From Terriglobia bacterium (GTDB lineage Bacteria > Acidobacteriota > Terriglobia > Bryobacterales > UBA6623), in assembly GCA_009841225.1 (NCBI GenBank), contig VXMF01000001.1, forward strand, positions 40,937 to 104,936: DNA of 64,000 bases, written 5' to 3'. Position 1 is the first letter of the stretch. Each line of letters begins with the position of its first letter. The notes beneath the pieces were generated by a model. That model was not told the DNA's origin and did no database searches. It worked only from the letters and a program-made list of their open reading frames with translations. Positions 10,071-18,973 of this stretch are shown here, one piece after another. Both the position numbers and the translations under genes were made by a program.

Positions 10071-11867
10071 TTGCAAGGCCGTCCCGCGCCTTTCCTTCAA
10101 ACCGTGACAAGGCGACGCCTCCTGAAAATGTGTCCATGGGGCGTGGTCGCTCTTCCCGCGGCCCTGGGCCAGCGCAGAAATGGCGCGGGCACGACCGAAC
10201 GGGAATTGACAGCTGGCGGAACCGCGAGTGGGTACCGGGCTCGCTTTCGCGACGTCGCGCGGGAGGCGGGGCTCAACCGCACAATCTACTACGGCGAGGT
10301 CGACACTTCCGACTATATTTCCGAGGCGAACGGCTGCGGCGTTGCATTCTACGACTTCGACAATGACGGCTGGCTCGACATCCTGCTGCTGAACGGTTCC
10401 CGCCGCAGCGGCATTCCCGACGGCGAAATTGCCACGAATCGCCTCTACAAGAACAACCGGGACGGAACCTTCACGGACGTCACTCGGGAAGCAGGCCTGA
10501 TGAGAGCCGGCTGGGCAAACGGTGTATGTATCGGCGACTACGACAACGACGGATTCGATGACCTGTTCATAACCTACCGAGGGAAGAACGTCCTGTATCG
10601 CAACAACGGAGACGGCACGTTCACAGATGTGACCGACGACGCGGGCGTGGGCGGAGAGGCCGGGAGCTGGAGCACCGGCTGCACGTTCTTGGATTACGAC
10701 AGGGATGGGCACTTGGACCTCTTCGTCGCCAACTATGTCGGCATCGAGAGTCTCGAGAACCTGCCGCCCAAGGGCCGGACCACCTGGAAAGGCGCTCCGG
10801 TATTTTATGGCCCGCAAGGCTTGCTCAAGGGGTCGCACGCCCTCTACCGCAATAACGGAGACGGCACGTTCACAAACGTTTCGGAAGAGGCGCAAATTCG
10901 CGGCGTGCTGGGCTACGGATTGACGGCGATGAACACCGATTACAACGAAGATGGCTGGCAAGACATCTACCTTGCCTGCGACTCGAGCCCGAGCATCCTG
11001 CTGCGGAATAACCGGGACGGCACGTTCAGCGACATCGCGACCGAACGCGGTCTCGCCTACAGTCCCGACGGCGTTGCACAGGCTGGCATGGGGCTCGCGA
11101 TTGGGGACTACACGGCCGATGGCAAACTCGATATTGTCAAGACGCACTTCGCCGACGACATCCCGGGACTATACCGCAACGACGGGGAGGGATATTTCTC
11201 GGACGAGTCGTCCATCGCCGGGCTGCAAGCCAGCACCAGGCACCTGGAGTGGGGAGCTGGGCTTGTGGACTTTGACAACGACGGCCGACCCGACCTGTTC
11301 TATGTCGCTGGCAGCGTCTACCCCGAGGTAGAAGCGGTCAATCCCGACTACCCGTACAGAGGCCCACGGTTCCTGTTTCGCAATGTGGGGAACGGACTGT
11401 TCGTGAACGTGACCGAGCAGTGCGGGCCCGGGCTGACGGCATTGCACTCGAGCCGGGGCTGCGCCTTCGGCGACTTCGACAACGACGGTGACATGGACAT
11501 CCTAGTGATGAATATGAACGAGCCGCCGTCGTTGATCCGGTGCGACGTTAGCTCGACCAACCACTGGCTGAAGGTAAAGCTGGCCGGCACCAAGTCGAAT
11601 CGCACGGCGATCGGCGCACGTGTCTATGTTCGTACGGGCCGGCTACTGCAGGTACAGGAGCTTCACAGCCAAGACAGCTACCTGTCCGTCAATGATTTCC
11701 GGCTGCATTTCGGGCTGGGCCAGGCAACCCGTGTTGACTCGATCCGGGTAGACTGGCCGAACAGCGAGCCCGAGACCATTGCAAGCATAGGGAGCGATCA
11801 GCTGATCTATGTCACGGAGGGCGAGGGGATCGTTCGGGCCGAGAGGTTTGGCGCGAACACAGGTTGA
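10071..11867 (+). CDS. CRTAC1 family protein, paralog 3 (Tat-like signal)
   Basis: Colinear with paralog 2 (NRLYKNNRDGTFTDVTREAGL..., DFDNDGDMDILVMNMNEPPSLIR, NRTAIGARVYV...NDFRLHFGLG). TRRRLLKM twin-arginine-like motif. Start could be TTG 10071, GTG 10104 or ATG 10128. Confidence 0.88.
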   Translation: MQGRPAPFLQTVTRRRLLKMCPWGVVALPAALGQRRNGAGTTERELTAGGTASGYRARFRDVAREAGLNRTIYYGEVDTSDYISEANGCGVAFYDFDNDGWLDILLLNGSRRSGIPDGEIATNRLYKNNRDGTFTDVTREAGLMRAGWANGVCIGDYDNDGFDDLFITYRGKNVLYRNNGDGTFTDVTDDAGVGGEAGSWSTGCTFLDYDRDGHLDLFVANYVGIESLENLPPKGRTTWKGAPVFYGPQGLLKGSHALYRNNGDGTFTNVSEEAQIRGVLGYGLTAMNTDYNEDGWQDIYLACDSSPSILLRNNRDGTFSDIATERGLAYSPDGVAQAGMGLAIGDYTADGKLDIVKTHFADDIPGLYRNDGEGYFSDESSIAGLQASTRHLEWGAGLVDFDNDGRPDLFYVAGSVYPEVEAVNPDYPYRGPRFLFRNVGNGLFVNVTEQCGPGLTALHSSRGCAFGDFDNDGDMDILVMNMNEPPSLIRCDVSSTNHWLKVKLAGTKSNRTAIGARVYVRTGRLLQVQELHSQDSYLSVNDFRLHFGLGQATRVDSIRVDWPNSEPETIASIGSDQLIYVTEGEGIVRAERFGANTG

Positions 11868-11880
11868 GCCGCGCCCCGTG

Positions 11881-11896
11881 CCCGGCTCATGCCGGG
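11881..11896. terminator. GC-rich hairpin between convergent genes (possible bidirectional terminator)
   Basis: cccggc-tcat-gccggg (6-bp stem) in the 104-nt gap between the convergent stops at 11867 and 11972. No U-tract. Confidence 0.25.
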
Positions 11897-11971
11897 CCAG
11901 ATGGAGTCCACGGCCCCCGCAACACCAAGGCGCGAGGGCCGAATCGCTTCAGTGGCGGGTCTTCCGTTCCG

Positions 11972-14900
11972 TCACCACTCGACGCGCATGCGTAGCTGAA
12001 TCGTCCTCGGGCCCTTGGGCTGTTGTGGAACGATTCTCCCGAATGTCGAACTGTTGATGTTGTTGCCGAAGCGACCTGCGATCCAGCGATGCCGGTTCAG
12101 GCAGTTAAAGCAATCAGCCCCGATTTGGAGCTTGATCTTCTCGGTTGCGAGCGGGATTCGCTTGACCACCGAAAAGTCCTCATTCAGGTTCGGGCACTGC
12201 CGGGTCTCTTGGTCAACCTCTGGCGCGTTCCCCTCGACGAAATCTCCCGGAGGGAGCCACGCCTGCGGTCTGCTGGGAGTGACTTGGCTAGGATTGCCGG
12301 CATTTAGGATGTAGTTTCGATTGGGATCCCCGAATACCATGTCGCCACAGGCAATGGAACTTCTCCATGGCACGCCCGGCGCTCGATCGGCTAGGTTCCG
12401 GACCCCGCCCGGGATACCTACCGACAACCCCCCGCTGGTTGAGATCGGGAAGCCGTTGACGTACTCCTGAACGCCCGAAATCGTCCACCCGCTTAGCACG
12501 TATTGGCTGAAAGCGCTGGTACCTCCCCACCTCTGCCCCGGGCCGAACGGGAGGTCGTACGAATAGTTGAAGACCGCGCGGTGAGTCGTGTCATAGCGAT
12601 TGATCCGCTTGTCCAGCTTTCGGTTGTACGAGTTCCGGGTGTTGCTTCCGAAGGCGCCGGGAGCCCAGTCGACGTCCCCCAATTGCTTCGCTACCGTCCA
12701 GTGCCCGAGGAAGGACAGGCCGTTCGAGTAGCGCTTCGTCGCCTTCAGCATGAACGCGTTGTAGTTCATTCCAGTATTGATTCCGGCATCGTTGGAGATG
12801 TTGCCGTACTGGGGGAAGCGCCGCAGAGCGCGGTGCAACGGGAGGTTGTCTGGAAACTCAGGATACGGCTTGCCGAAGCCGGCGGCGGCCACTGCGGGAT
12901 CGCTGATCTCCAGGTTCAGCAGCGGCCCTAGGTGCCAGTAGTCCGGGTGCAAGTCGTTGATGCGCTCGTGGTCCGCGTTGTTGCGGCCCATGTTCGAATA
13001 GAACGTGGTCTCCAGCACCCAGTCGCCGAATTGGCGCTGGAATCCACCAGTGATCATGTAGAGCGAGGGAGGCGTCCCAATGGTTTGCGGATTCATCCAG
13101 TTCGTGACTGACTGGTTGTTCAGGAAGGCCGGGTCGATGAATGGGGGCGTTCCCAGTTGGGTGGACGGGAAGCCGTTGTCCCACTCGTAGTAAGGCGCGA
13201 ACGGGCTGACTCGCGGCGGGGGGTTCCCGCGCGCCTCGTGGCCAACCCGGTTGACAGATCTCACGTTCGTGTTCTGGATGGCCATGTACTGGATGCCGGC
13301 GCCAGCTCGAAAGACAAGCTTGTCTGTGATCTGGTAGGCCAAGCCGAGCCGGGGCCCGAAATTGCCATAGGTGGCAGGGCCGACTCGAAGCCTGCCATTT
13401 GCGCCCTCCGTCATCCCGTAGAATTCGATCGCCCCGCGATAGTTTCCACTGATGCCTGGATTCGCAAGGGCAGGGTCGAAGCCGGAGAACTGTCCCCGGT
13501 TCTCCTTGAAGGGCATCTGCACGTCCCAGCGCAGGCCGATGTTCAGGGTCAGCCGCGGCAGGACCTTCCAGTCGTCCTGAAAGTACAGGGCGTGATATGC
13601 CTCCCGCTCTTCCAGCGCGAGGCCCGCAGCCGTTCCGACAAAGTTGGGCAAGCCGAGGTAAAAGTCGGCCAGATGAAATCCGCCCGAGCCGTCTGTGTCC
13701 TTCGTCTCGCTACCGAGGTTCCCTTCCGACACGCCAAACAGGTAGGTGCCGGCCGAGCCCACGGTCAGGCCCCCTGCGAAGCCGCCCTGGTTGTGCCGGT
13801 TGATGCGCCAGAACTGGCCTTGGTAGCCGAACTTGATGGTGTGCCGCCCCTTGTTCCAGAGGGTGCTGTAGGCCCAGTTCGGGATCAACTTCGACTCCCT
13901 GTTCGAGGGCGGGTTCGCGCAGATCGAGACACCGAAGCTGGAAGCCCGCGCGAGCTGGATCCAAGGACATTCGCTGCTCGGCATGCCGGTCAGGCCGAAC
14001 TGGCTCGACAGCCCCTCGCCGAAGTTGTTCTGCTCTCTGCCGTTCTCTTGGAAGTTGAACCCGAATAGGATCTGATGCACCACGCTCGGACTCTGCACCC
14101 ACGAGTAGTCGGCACGCACGCGCTGGAACGAGTTGAATGTCGTTCTTCCGAAAGAATCGTCCAAGACTCCGCCAGGGTCGGTCTCGACGCGCGGCGCTGT
14201 ACCGTACATGTAGAAGGCCGAAATGCGGTGGGCTGCGTTGAACTGGTGATCGATCTTGGTCGTCAAGTCCCATGGATTGAACGTGCTCGAGACAGCGCCG
14301 ACGTGATTCAGCTCGGGAGTGTCGCGTGCGGTCGGAATGGGCAGCAGCTGCATAACGTTTGCACTTACCCGGCTCTGCCTGGCCATCGGGATCTGATTGT
14401 TGACGAAGGGCCGGAACCGCACGTTATTTTCGGCATCCATGTACTGATCTTTGCGGTCGAAGATCATGTTGAGGTCAGGGTGGGAGAAGTCCCCGCCGCG
14501 CATCGCGGATGTGGGCAGGGTCAGGAAATTGGTCGGGCTGCCAGTGGCGCTCTGCCGGTAGTAGGCCAGAGTCGACCAGAAAAACGTCTTGTTGCGCCCG
14601 TCGTAGACCTTGGGGATAACGACGGGGCCTCCTCCGGCAATCCCGAATTCGTTGTTGCGGCTGTTCCCCCGCTCGGCCGCCTGCCACGGGCGGGCGTTCA
14701 GGAACGAGTTGTTATGGAAGTTCCAAACAGAGCCGTGCAGGTCGTTGTTGCCAGACTTGGTCGCGTACGTGATCAACCCGCCACTGCTGCGCCCATACTC
14801 GGCGTTCATGTTGCTCAGCAGCAGCTTGTATTCCCCAATCGCTTCCACGCTGGGCTCGGTGGCCGTCGCCCTCTCGCCCACCCCGTCGTTCGAGGTTTCC

Positions 14901-15475
14901 GTCGAGAGGCCGTCCAGCATGATGACCGTGTTGAGCGTTCGCGACCCCGCGACGTTGCCGCGCCCGTTGGTGTTGTTCACTCCCGGCGACATCGAAATGT
15001 ACTGGTACGGTCGACGCTTCTGCCCCGACACGGGAATGGGGGCGTGGCGCATCAGATTCTCTTCAATCGCCGCGCCGATGGTCGTGTCGCTCGTCTCGAG
15101 CTGGGCCACGGCCGCCGAGACGCTGACTTGCTCCGCGACTGTCTCGACGTCGAGCTCGACATCGACCGTGGTTTCCGAAGCGGTCGTCACCAGGACTCCT
15201 GTGGTGATCTTCGTGCCAAAGCCGAGAGACGACACCCGCACATCGTAGGTGCCGAAAGGCACGTAGACGACGTACTGCCCCACCTCGTTGGCGGTGATTT
15301 GCTGCGCGACCCCGGTCGAGGGATTCACCACCTCGATTTCAGCGCCGGGAATTATCGCACCTGTCGTGTCGGTGACGCGGCCATTGATCTGGCCCTGCGT
15401 GGTTTGTGCCGAGCTGACTGGTGTCAGGGCAACTGCCACCACCAAGAGTGCTACGCCAATGACCGCTCTAGTCAT
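11972..15475 (-). CDS. TonB-dependent receptor with N-terminal carboxypeptidase-regulatory-like (CarboxypepD_reg) domain
   Basis: Signal peptide MTRAVIGVALLVVAVALTPVSSAQ, followed by GRVTDTTGAIIPGAEIEVVN...GTYDVRVSSLGF (CarboxypepD_reg). The long beta-barrel-like remainder ends in an aromatic C-terminus (...LRMRVEW). GGGAGG lies 9 nt upstream of ATG 15475. Confidence 0.8.
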   Translation of the reverse strand: MTRAVIGVALLVVAVALTPVSSAQTTQGQINGRVTDTTGAIIPGAEIEVVNPSTGVAQQITANEVGQYVVYVPFGTYDVRVSSLGFGTKITTGVLVTTASETTVDVELDVETVAEQVSVSAAVAQLETSDTTIGAAIEENLMRHAPIPVSGQKRRPYQYISMSPGVNNTNGRGNVAGSRTLNTVIMLDGLSTETSNDGVGERATATEPSVEAIGEYKLLLSNMNAEYGRSSGGLITYATKSGNNDLHGSVWNFHNNSFLNARPWQAAERGNSRNNEFGIAGGGPVVIPKVYDGRNKTFFWSTLAYYRQSATGSPTNFLTLPTSAMRGGDFSHPDLNMIFDRKDQYMDAENNVRFRPFVNNQIPMARQSRVSANVMQLLPIPTARDTPELNHVGAVSSTFNPWDLTTKIDHQFNAAHRISAFYMYGTAPRVETDPGGVLDDSFGRTTFNSFQRVRADYSWVQSPSVVHQILFGFNFQENGREQNNFGEGLSSQFGLTGMPSSECPWIQLARASSFGVSICANPPSNRESKLIPNWAYSTLWNKGRHTIKFGYQGQFWRINRHNQGGFAGGLTVGSAGTYLFGVSEGNLGSETKDTDGSGGFHLADFYLGLPNFVGTAAGLALEEREAYHALYFQDDWKVLPRLTLNIGLRWDVQMPFKENRGQFSGFDPALANPGISGNYRGAIEFYGMTEGANGRLRVGPATYGNFGPRLGLAYQITDKLVFRAGAGIQYMAIQNTNVRSVNRVGHEARGNPPPRVSPFAPYYEWDNGFPSTQLGTPPFIDPAFLNNQSVTNWMNPQTIGTPPSLYMITGGFQRQFGDWVLETTFYSNMGRNNADHERINDLHPDYWHLGPLLNLEISDPAVAAAGFGKPYPEFPDNLPLHRALRRFPQYGNISNDAGINTGMNYNAFMLKATKRYSNGLSFLGHWTVAKQLGDVDWAPGAFGSNTRNSYNRKLDKRINRYDTTHRAVFNYSYDLPFGPGQRWGGTSAFSQYVLSGWTISGVQEYVNGFPISTSGGLSVGIPGGVRNLADRAPGVPWRSSIACGDMVFGDPNRNYILNAGNPSQVTPSRPQAWLPPGDFVEGNAPEVDQETRQCPNLNEDFSVVKRIPLATEKIKLQIGADCFNCLNRHRWIAGRFGNNINSSTFGRIVPQQPKGPRTIQLRMRVEW

Positions 15476-15559
15476 GAAACAGATCCTCCCTTCGGCCCGC
15501 GACCGCAGTCCCAATGTCCGTGCACTTTGTACCACAGAGTCGACGATGAATCAACCCAT

Positions 15560-15578
15560 GTTCCGGCGAAACCGGAAC
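15560..15578. promoter_or_regulatory. perfect palindrome GTTCCGG-N5-CCGGAAC in divergent intergenic region
   Basis: gttccgg cgaaa ccggaac read directly. It lies between the receptor start (15475, minus) and the kinase start (15757, plus). It could be an operator or a 5'-UTR hairpin. Confidence 0.3.
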
Positions 15579-15756
15579 ACTGCACCTTGGCGTCGGCCTT
15601 CTGTGGCCGAATCCAGGTATTCCCTACTCCAGGCGCGCGCTCGGCTTCCGCAACCCGAGAAGTACTTCGCTGCAGGAGTCAGTCGCAGTTTGCTCCTGCC
15701 GTCGTCACTAGCACCCCGGCAAAGCGCTGGCAGCACGCAATTATCATGAATGGAGC

Positions 15757-16659
15757 GTGGAACTTCCCGGCCATCGCAGGGTCTCGGTCATCTTCTGGAT
15801 CGCCCTAGGCGCGTGCTTGGTCGCCTTGGCCGTGGCGCTGAATATCGGCTGGTTGGTCGCCAACTGGCCAGGCGGCGTGCTGGTCGTGCTAGGCGTCCTA
15901 GCAGGGCTGACGCTGGTTGCCGGGCTCGTCCTCAACACTGTGTTCCTCGTGCGCGAGATCCGGCGCAACGAGAAGCACGACGCCTTCATCAACGCTGTCA
16001 CGCACGAACTCAAGACCCCCGTGGCCTCGCTGCGGCTGTACCTGCAAACCCTGCAATCCAGGGAACTTGACGCAGACCAGCAGCAAGAGTTCTACCAGAC
16101 GATGCTCTCGGACATGGATCGCCTGCAGGGCACGATCGAGCAGGTGCTGCTGGCCGGGTCCACCCGCAGCAAGCGCAAGCGACAGCGGATACCGGTGGAC
16201 CTCGGGGCCGTGGTCCAGGACTGCATCGGCCGGCTCCAGCACAACTACAGCCTGCGCGATGGTGCGCTGCGCTTCCGCAGCGAGTTCGAAGAGGGCGACA
16301 CTCCCATCGTGCTGGGCAACCGGGACGAGTTGGCCGCGGCGATCTCCAACCTGATCGACAACTCGATCAAGTATTCCGACGAGCGCGCCAAAGTGGATAT
16401 CGAGATGTCCAAGCTCGGCTCGCGAGTGGCCGTCCGCATCCGTGACAACGGCATCGGCATCGACAGCGACGAGCTCAGGCGCGTCTTCCGGCGTTTCTAT
16501 CGCGTTCAGGGCACGTTCCGTCCGAAAGGAACGGGGCTGGGCCTGTACATCGTGCAGTCCGTTGCCAAGCGGCATGGCGGACGGGTCTTCGGGGAGAGTC
16601 CGGGCAAGGGTCGTGGCAGCACGTTCACGATCGAACTGCCCCTGACTGCCAGGGCATGA
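15757..16659 (+). CDS. sensor histidine kinase (two TM helices, no extracytoplasmic sensor domain)
   Basis: H-box AVTHELKTPVASL, N-box NLIDNSIKYS, G-boxes DNGIGI and GTGLGLYIV. The two N-terminal TM helices join directly to HisKA. Confidence 0.9.
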   Translation: MELPGHRRVSVIFWIALGACLVALAVALNIGWLVANWPGGVLVVLGVLAGLTLVAGLVLNTVFLVREIRRNEKHDAFINAVTHELKTPVASLRLYLQTLQSRELDADQQQEFYQTMLSDMDRLQGTIEQVLLAGSTRSKRKRQRIPVDLGAVVQDCIGRLQHNYSLRDGALRFRSEFEEGDTPIVLGNRDELAAAISNLIDNSIKYSDERAKVDIEMSKLGSRVAVRIRDNGIGIDSDELRRVFRRFYRVQGTFRPKGTGLGLYIVQSVAKRHGGRVFGESPGKGRGSTFTIELPLTARA

Positions 16660-17417
16660 AACGGATACTGATCGTCGAGGACGAGACGAATCTCGCCAAG
16701 GGGTTGCAGTTCAACCTCGAGGCCGAGGGCTTCGCCACGCACATCGCCCCCACGGGCGAAGCCGGCCTGGCCGCGATCAAGCAAAGCCCGGCCTTCGACG
16801 CGCTGCTTGTGGACGTGATGCTGCCCGGCATCGACGGCTTCCATCTGGTCAGAGAGCTGAGGTCGCGCGGCTGCTTCGTCCCGGTGATGATGCTCACGGC
16901 GCGCCGCCGTCCGCAGGACATCGTCGAAGGGCTGGCGGCCGGAGCTGACGACTACCTGCCCAAGCCGTTCGAACTGGCAGTGCTGCTGGCCCGCATCCGC
17001 GGCCTGCTGCGCCGACACCGCTGGAGCGCCGGCGAGCAGATGCAGGCCGTGCCGGACAGGTACGAGTTCAACGGCAGGACCGTGGACTTCGCCAACCAGC
17101 GCATCGAAGTGGAGGGCGAGTCACGCAGCCTGACTCTGACCGAGGCCAAGTTGCTGCATTATTTGATCGCTCACGAGGGCCGCAGCGTCTCGCGCAAGAA
17201 CCTGCTCGAAGACGTCTGGGGCGTGCGGGAGGACACCGACACGCGAGCGATCGACAATTTCATCGTGCGCCTGCGCCGATTCATCGAGCCGGATCCGGCC
17301 AAGCCGCGCCACCTGGTCACCGTGCGCGGCCTCGGCTACCGCTTCGTGGCCGAGCCCGGCCCAGGACTCAGTCGTCGTCTGTCGGGAGCGGCAGCGAAGC
17401 ACTTTCGCCGCTCGTGA
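16656..17417 (+). CDS. OmpR-family response regulator (REC + winged-helix)
   Basis: ILIVEDE...LLVDVMLPGIDG receiver motifs. C-terminal winged helix (LTLTEAKLLHYL...VTVRGLGYRF). ATGA start/stop overlap with the kinase gene. Confidence 0.92.
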   Translation: MKRILIVEDETNLAKGLQFNLEAEGFATHIAPTGEAGLAAIKQSPAFDALLVDVMLPGIDGFHLVRELRSRGCFVPVMMLTARRRPQDIVEGLAAGADDYLPKPFELAVLLARIRGLLRRHRWSAGEQMQAVPDRYEFNGRTVDFANQRIEVEGESRSLTLTEAKLLHYLIAHEGRSVSRKNLLEDVWGVREDTDTRAIDNFIVRLRRFIEPDPAKPRHLVTVRGLGYRFVAEPGPGLSRRLSGAAAKHFRRS

Positions 17418-18201
17418 TCCCGGTCGCCCAGCGGAAGGCCTCCAGCCACATCTTCTGGATGGCGGCGTTGTCCCAGACTTCGGGACGGTGCCCCAGCAGG
17501 CAGGTGAAGACCCGTCCCTTGCCGAACTCCCGCACCCAGGCCAAGGCGAAGTCGCCATCGGTGCGCTGGACACCCTTCTTGGTCATATCGACGCTGGAAG
17601 TGTCCATGGACATCAGCACGCGCACTTTCGAGCGGTCGTAGCGGTCCACCTGGTAGATCTCGTCGGTGATTTCGAACTCGGCCGGGAAGTGGCGGCTGAT
17701 CGGATGCGTGCGATCCTCCACCCGGACCCGGATCTTCTGGTGCCAGGGATGGTTGATGAACGCCCCTCCCACCATGTCGATGTACTCCGGCCAAGTCTCT
17801 CGGAACGAGTCCGTGCCGCTGTGCACCGCCAGGATCGCCTTGCCATCCTCCTTCACGAAGCGCATCAGGTCAGCCTTCTGCTCCTCGCTGACCTTCAGGT
17901 CACCCTGCGTGTAGAACATCACGGCGTCGAAGTAGTCGAGGTTCTTGCGGTTGCCTCTCAGCTTCTGCTTGGTCATCAGCTCCATGTCCGTGCGGAAGCG
18001 CACGTCGAACAGGCCGGTGCGCTCGCCGATCTTGGCCATGGTGAACATCGCGTGCGACACCGAGTCGTGCGCGAAAAAGTCGGAACCGCCGAGCACCAGC
18101 AGGTGCTTCTTTTCGTCGGCGTCCTGGCCAACGGCGGACGGGGCCGTCGAAAGCAGCAGCCCGGCCAGCGCGGTCGCTGTGATCAAACTCCGGAGTCTCA
18201 T
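17368..18201 (-). CDS. ThuA domain-containing protein, exported
   Basis: Signal peptide MRLRSLITATALAGLLLSTAPSAVGQ. ThuA-like segments (FDAVMFYTQGD, ILAVHSGTDSF, GGAFINHPW, GRVFTCLLGH). Confidence 0.75.
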   Translation of the reverse strand: MRLRSLITATALAGLLLSTAPSAVGQDADEKKHLLVLGGSDFFAHDSVSHAMFTMAKIGERTGLFDVRFRTDMELMTKQKLRGNRKNLDYFDAVMFYTQGDLKVSEEQKADLMRFVKEDGKAILAVHSGTDSFRETWPEYIDMVGGAFINHPWHQKIRVRVEDRTHPISRHFPAEFEITDEIYQVDRYDRSKVRVLMSMDTSSVDMTKKGVQRTDGDFALAWVREFGKGRVFTCLLGHRPEVWDNAAIQKMWLEAFRWATGITSGESASLPLPTDDD

Positions 18202-18226
18202 GCCCGCTAGTTTCGCACAAGCGGAC

Positions 18227-18973
18227 TCAGAGCCGGTTGATTAAGGTGGCGACATAGGCAGCGCCGAAGCCGTTGTCGATGTTGACGACGGACACATTGC
18301 TGGAGCATGAGTTGAGCATGCCGAGCAGCGCCGAAAGCCCGTTGAAGCTGGCTCCGTAGCCAACGCTGGTCGGCACGGCAATGACCGGAACCGAGACCAG
18401 CCCGCCCAGCGCGCTGGGCAACGCACCCTCCATGCCCGCACAGCAGATCACCACGCGAGCCCCGTGTATGCGATCGAGCTTCGACAGCAGCCGGTGGATT
18501 CCAGCAACGCCGACATCGTAAATCGTGTCGACCTCGTTGCCCATCACTTCGGCCGTCACAGTGGCTTCCTCGGCCACCGGGATGTCGCTGGTGCCGGCGC
18601 AGACCACGGCGATCTTGGCCTTGCCGAGCTTGCTCCGCTCCGCCCATACGCGCACGGCGCCCGAGCGCGGGAAGTGCTCGGCTTGGTCGCTGAGTTCCCG
18701 CACCGCCTCGAACATCGCCTGCGACGCCCGCGTGACCAGCAAGTTGGGGGAGCGCTCGAGCAGTTTCTCGGAAATCGCGCGGACCTCGTCGGGAGTCTTG
18801 CCCTGGCCCAGGATCACCTCGGGCATGCCGTGGCGCAACTCCCGGTGGTGGTCGACCTTGGCAAAGCCGAGGTCCTCGTACGGCATGTGGCGCAACTCGC
18901 CGACCGCGTTTTCGACATCGCAGCGCCCTTCGCGCACGTCCTCCAACAAGGCCCGCAGTCGCTGGTCGTTCAT
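18227..18973 (-). CDS. larB: nickel-pincer cofactor biosynthesis protein LarB (PurE/AIR-carboxylase-like)
   Basis: N-terminal [26 protein letters not shown], then a PurE-like core ([18 protein letters not shown]; [17 protein letters not shown]; [10 protein letters not shown]). Confidence 0.8.
   Translation of the reverse strand: MNDQRLRALLEDVREGRCDVENAVGELRHMPYEDLGFAKVDHHRELRHGMPEVILGQGKTPDEVRAISEKLLERSPNLLVTRASQAMFEAVRELSDQAEHFPRSGAVRVWAERSKLGKAKIAVVCAGTSDIPVAEEATVTAEVMGNEVDTIYDVGVAGIHRLLSKLDRIHGARVVICCAGMEGALPSALGGLVSVPVIAVPTSVGYGASFNGLSALLGMLNSCSSNVSVVNIDNGFGAAYVATLINRL

Noticed and set aside
15476-15756. Cobalamin or other riboswitch in the leader of the TonB-dependent receptor.
   Set aside because: I could find no B12-box-like element (…AGYCMGgAgaCCkGCc…) or other known riboswitch core in the minus-strand leader by eye. 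It needs cmscan to be sure.
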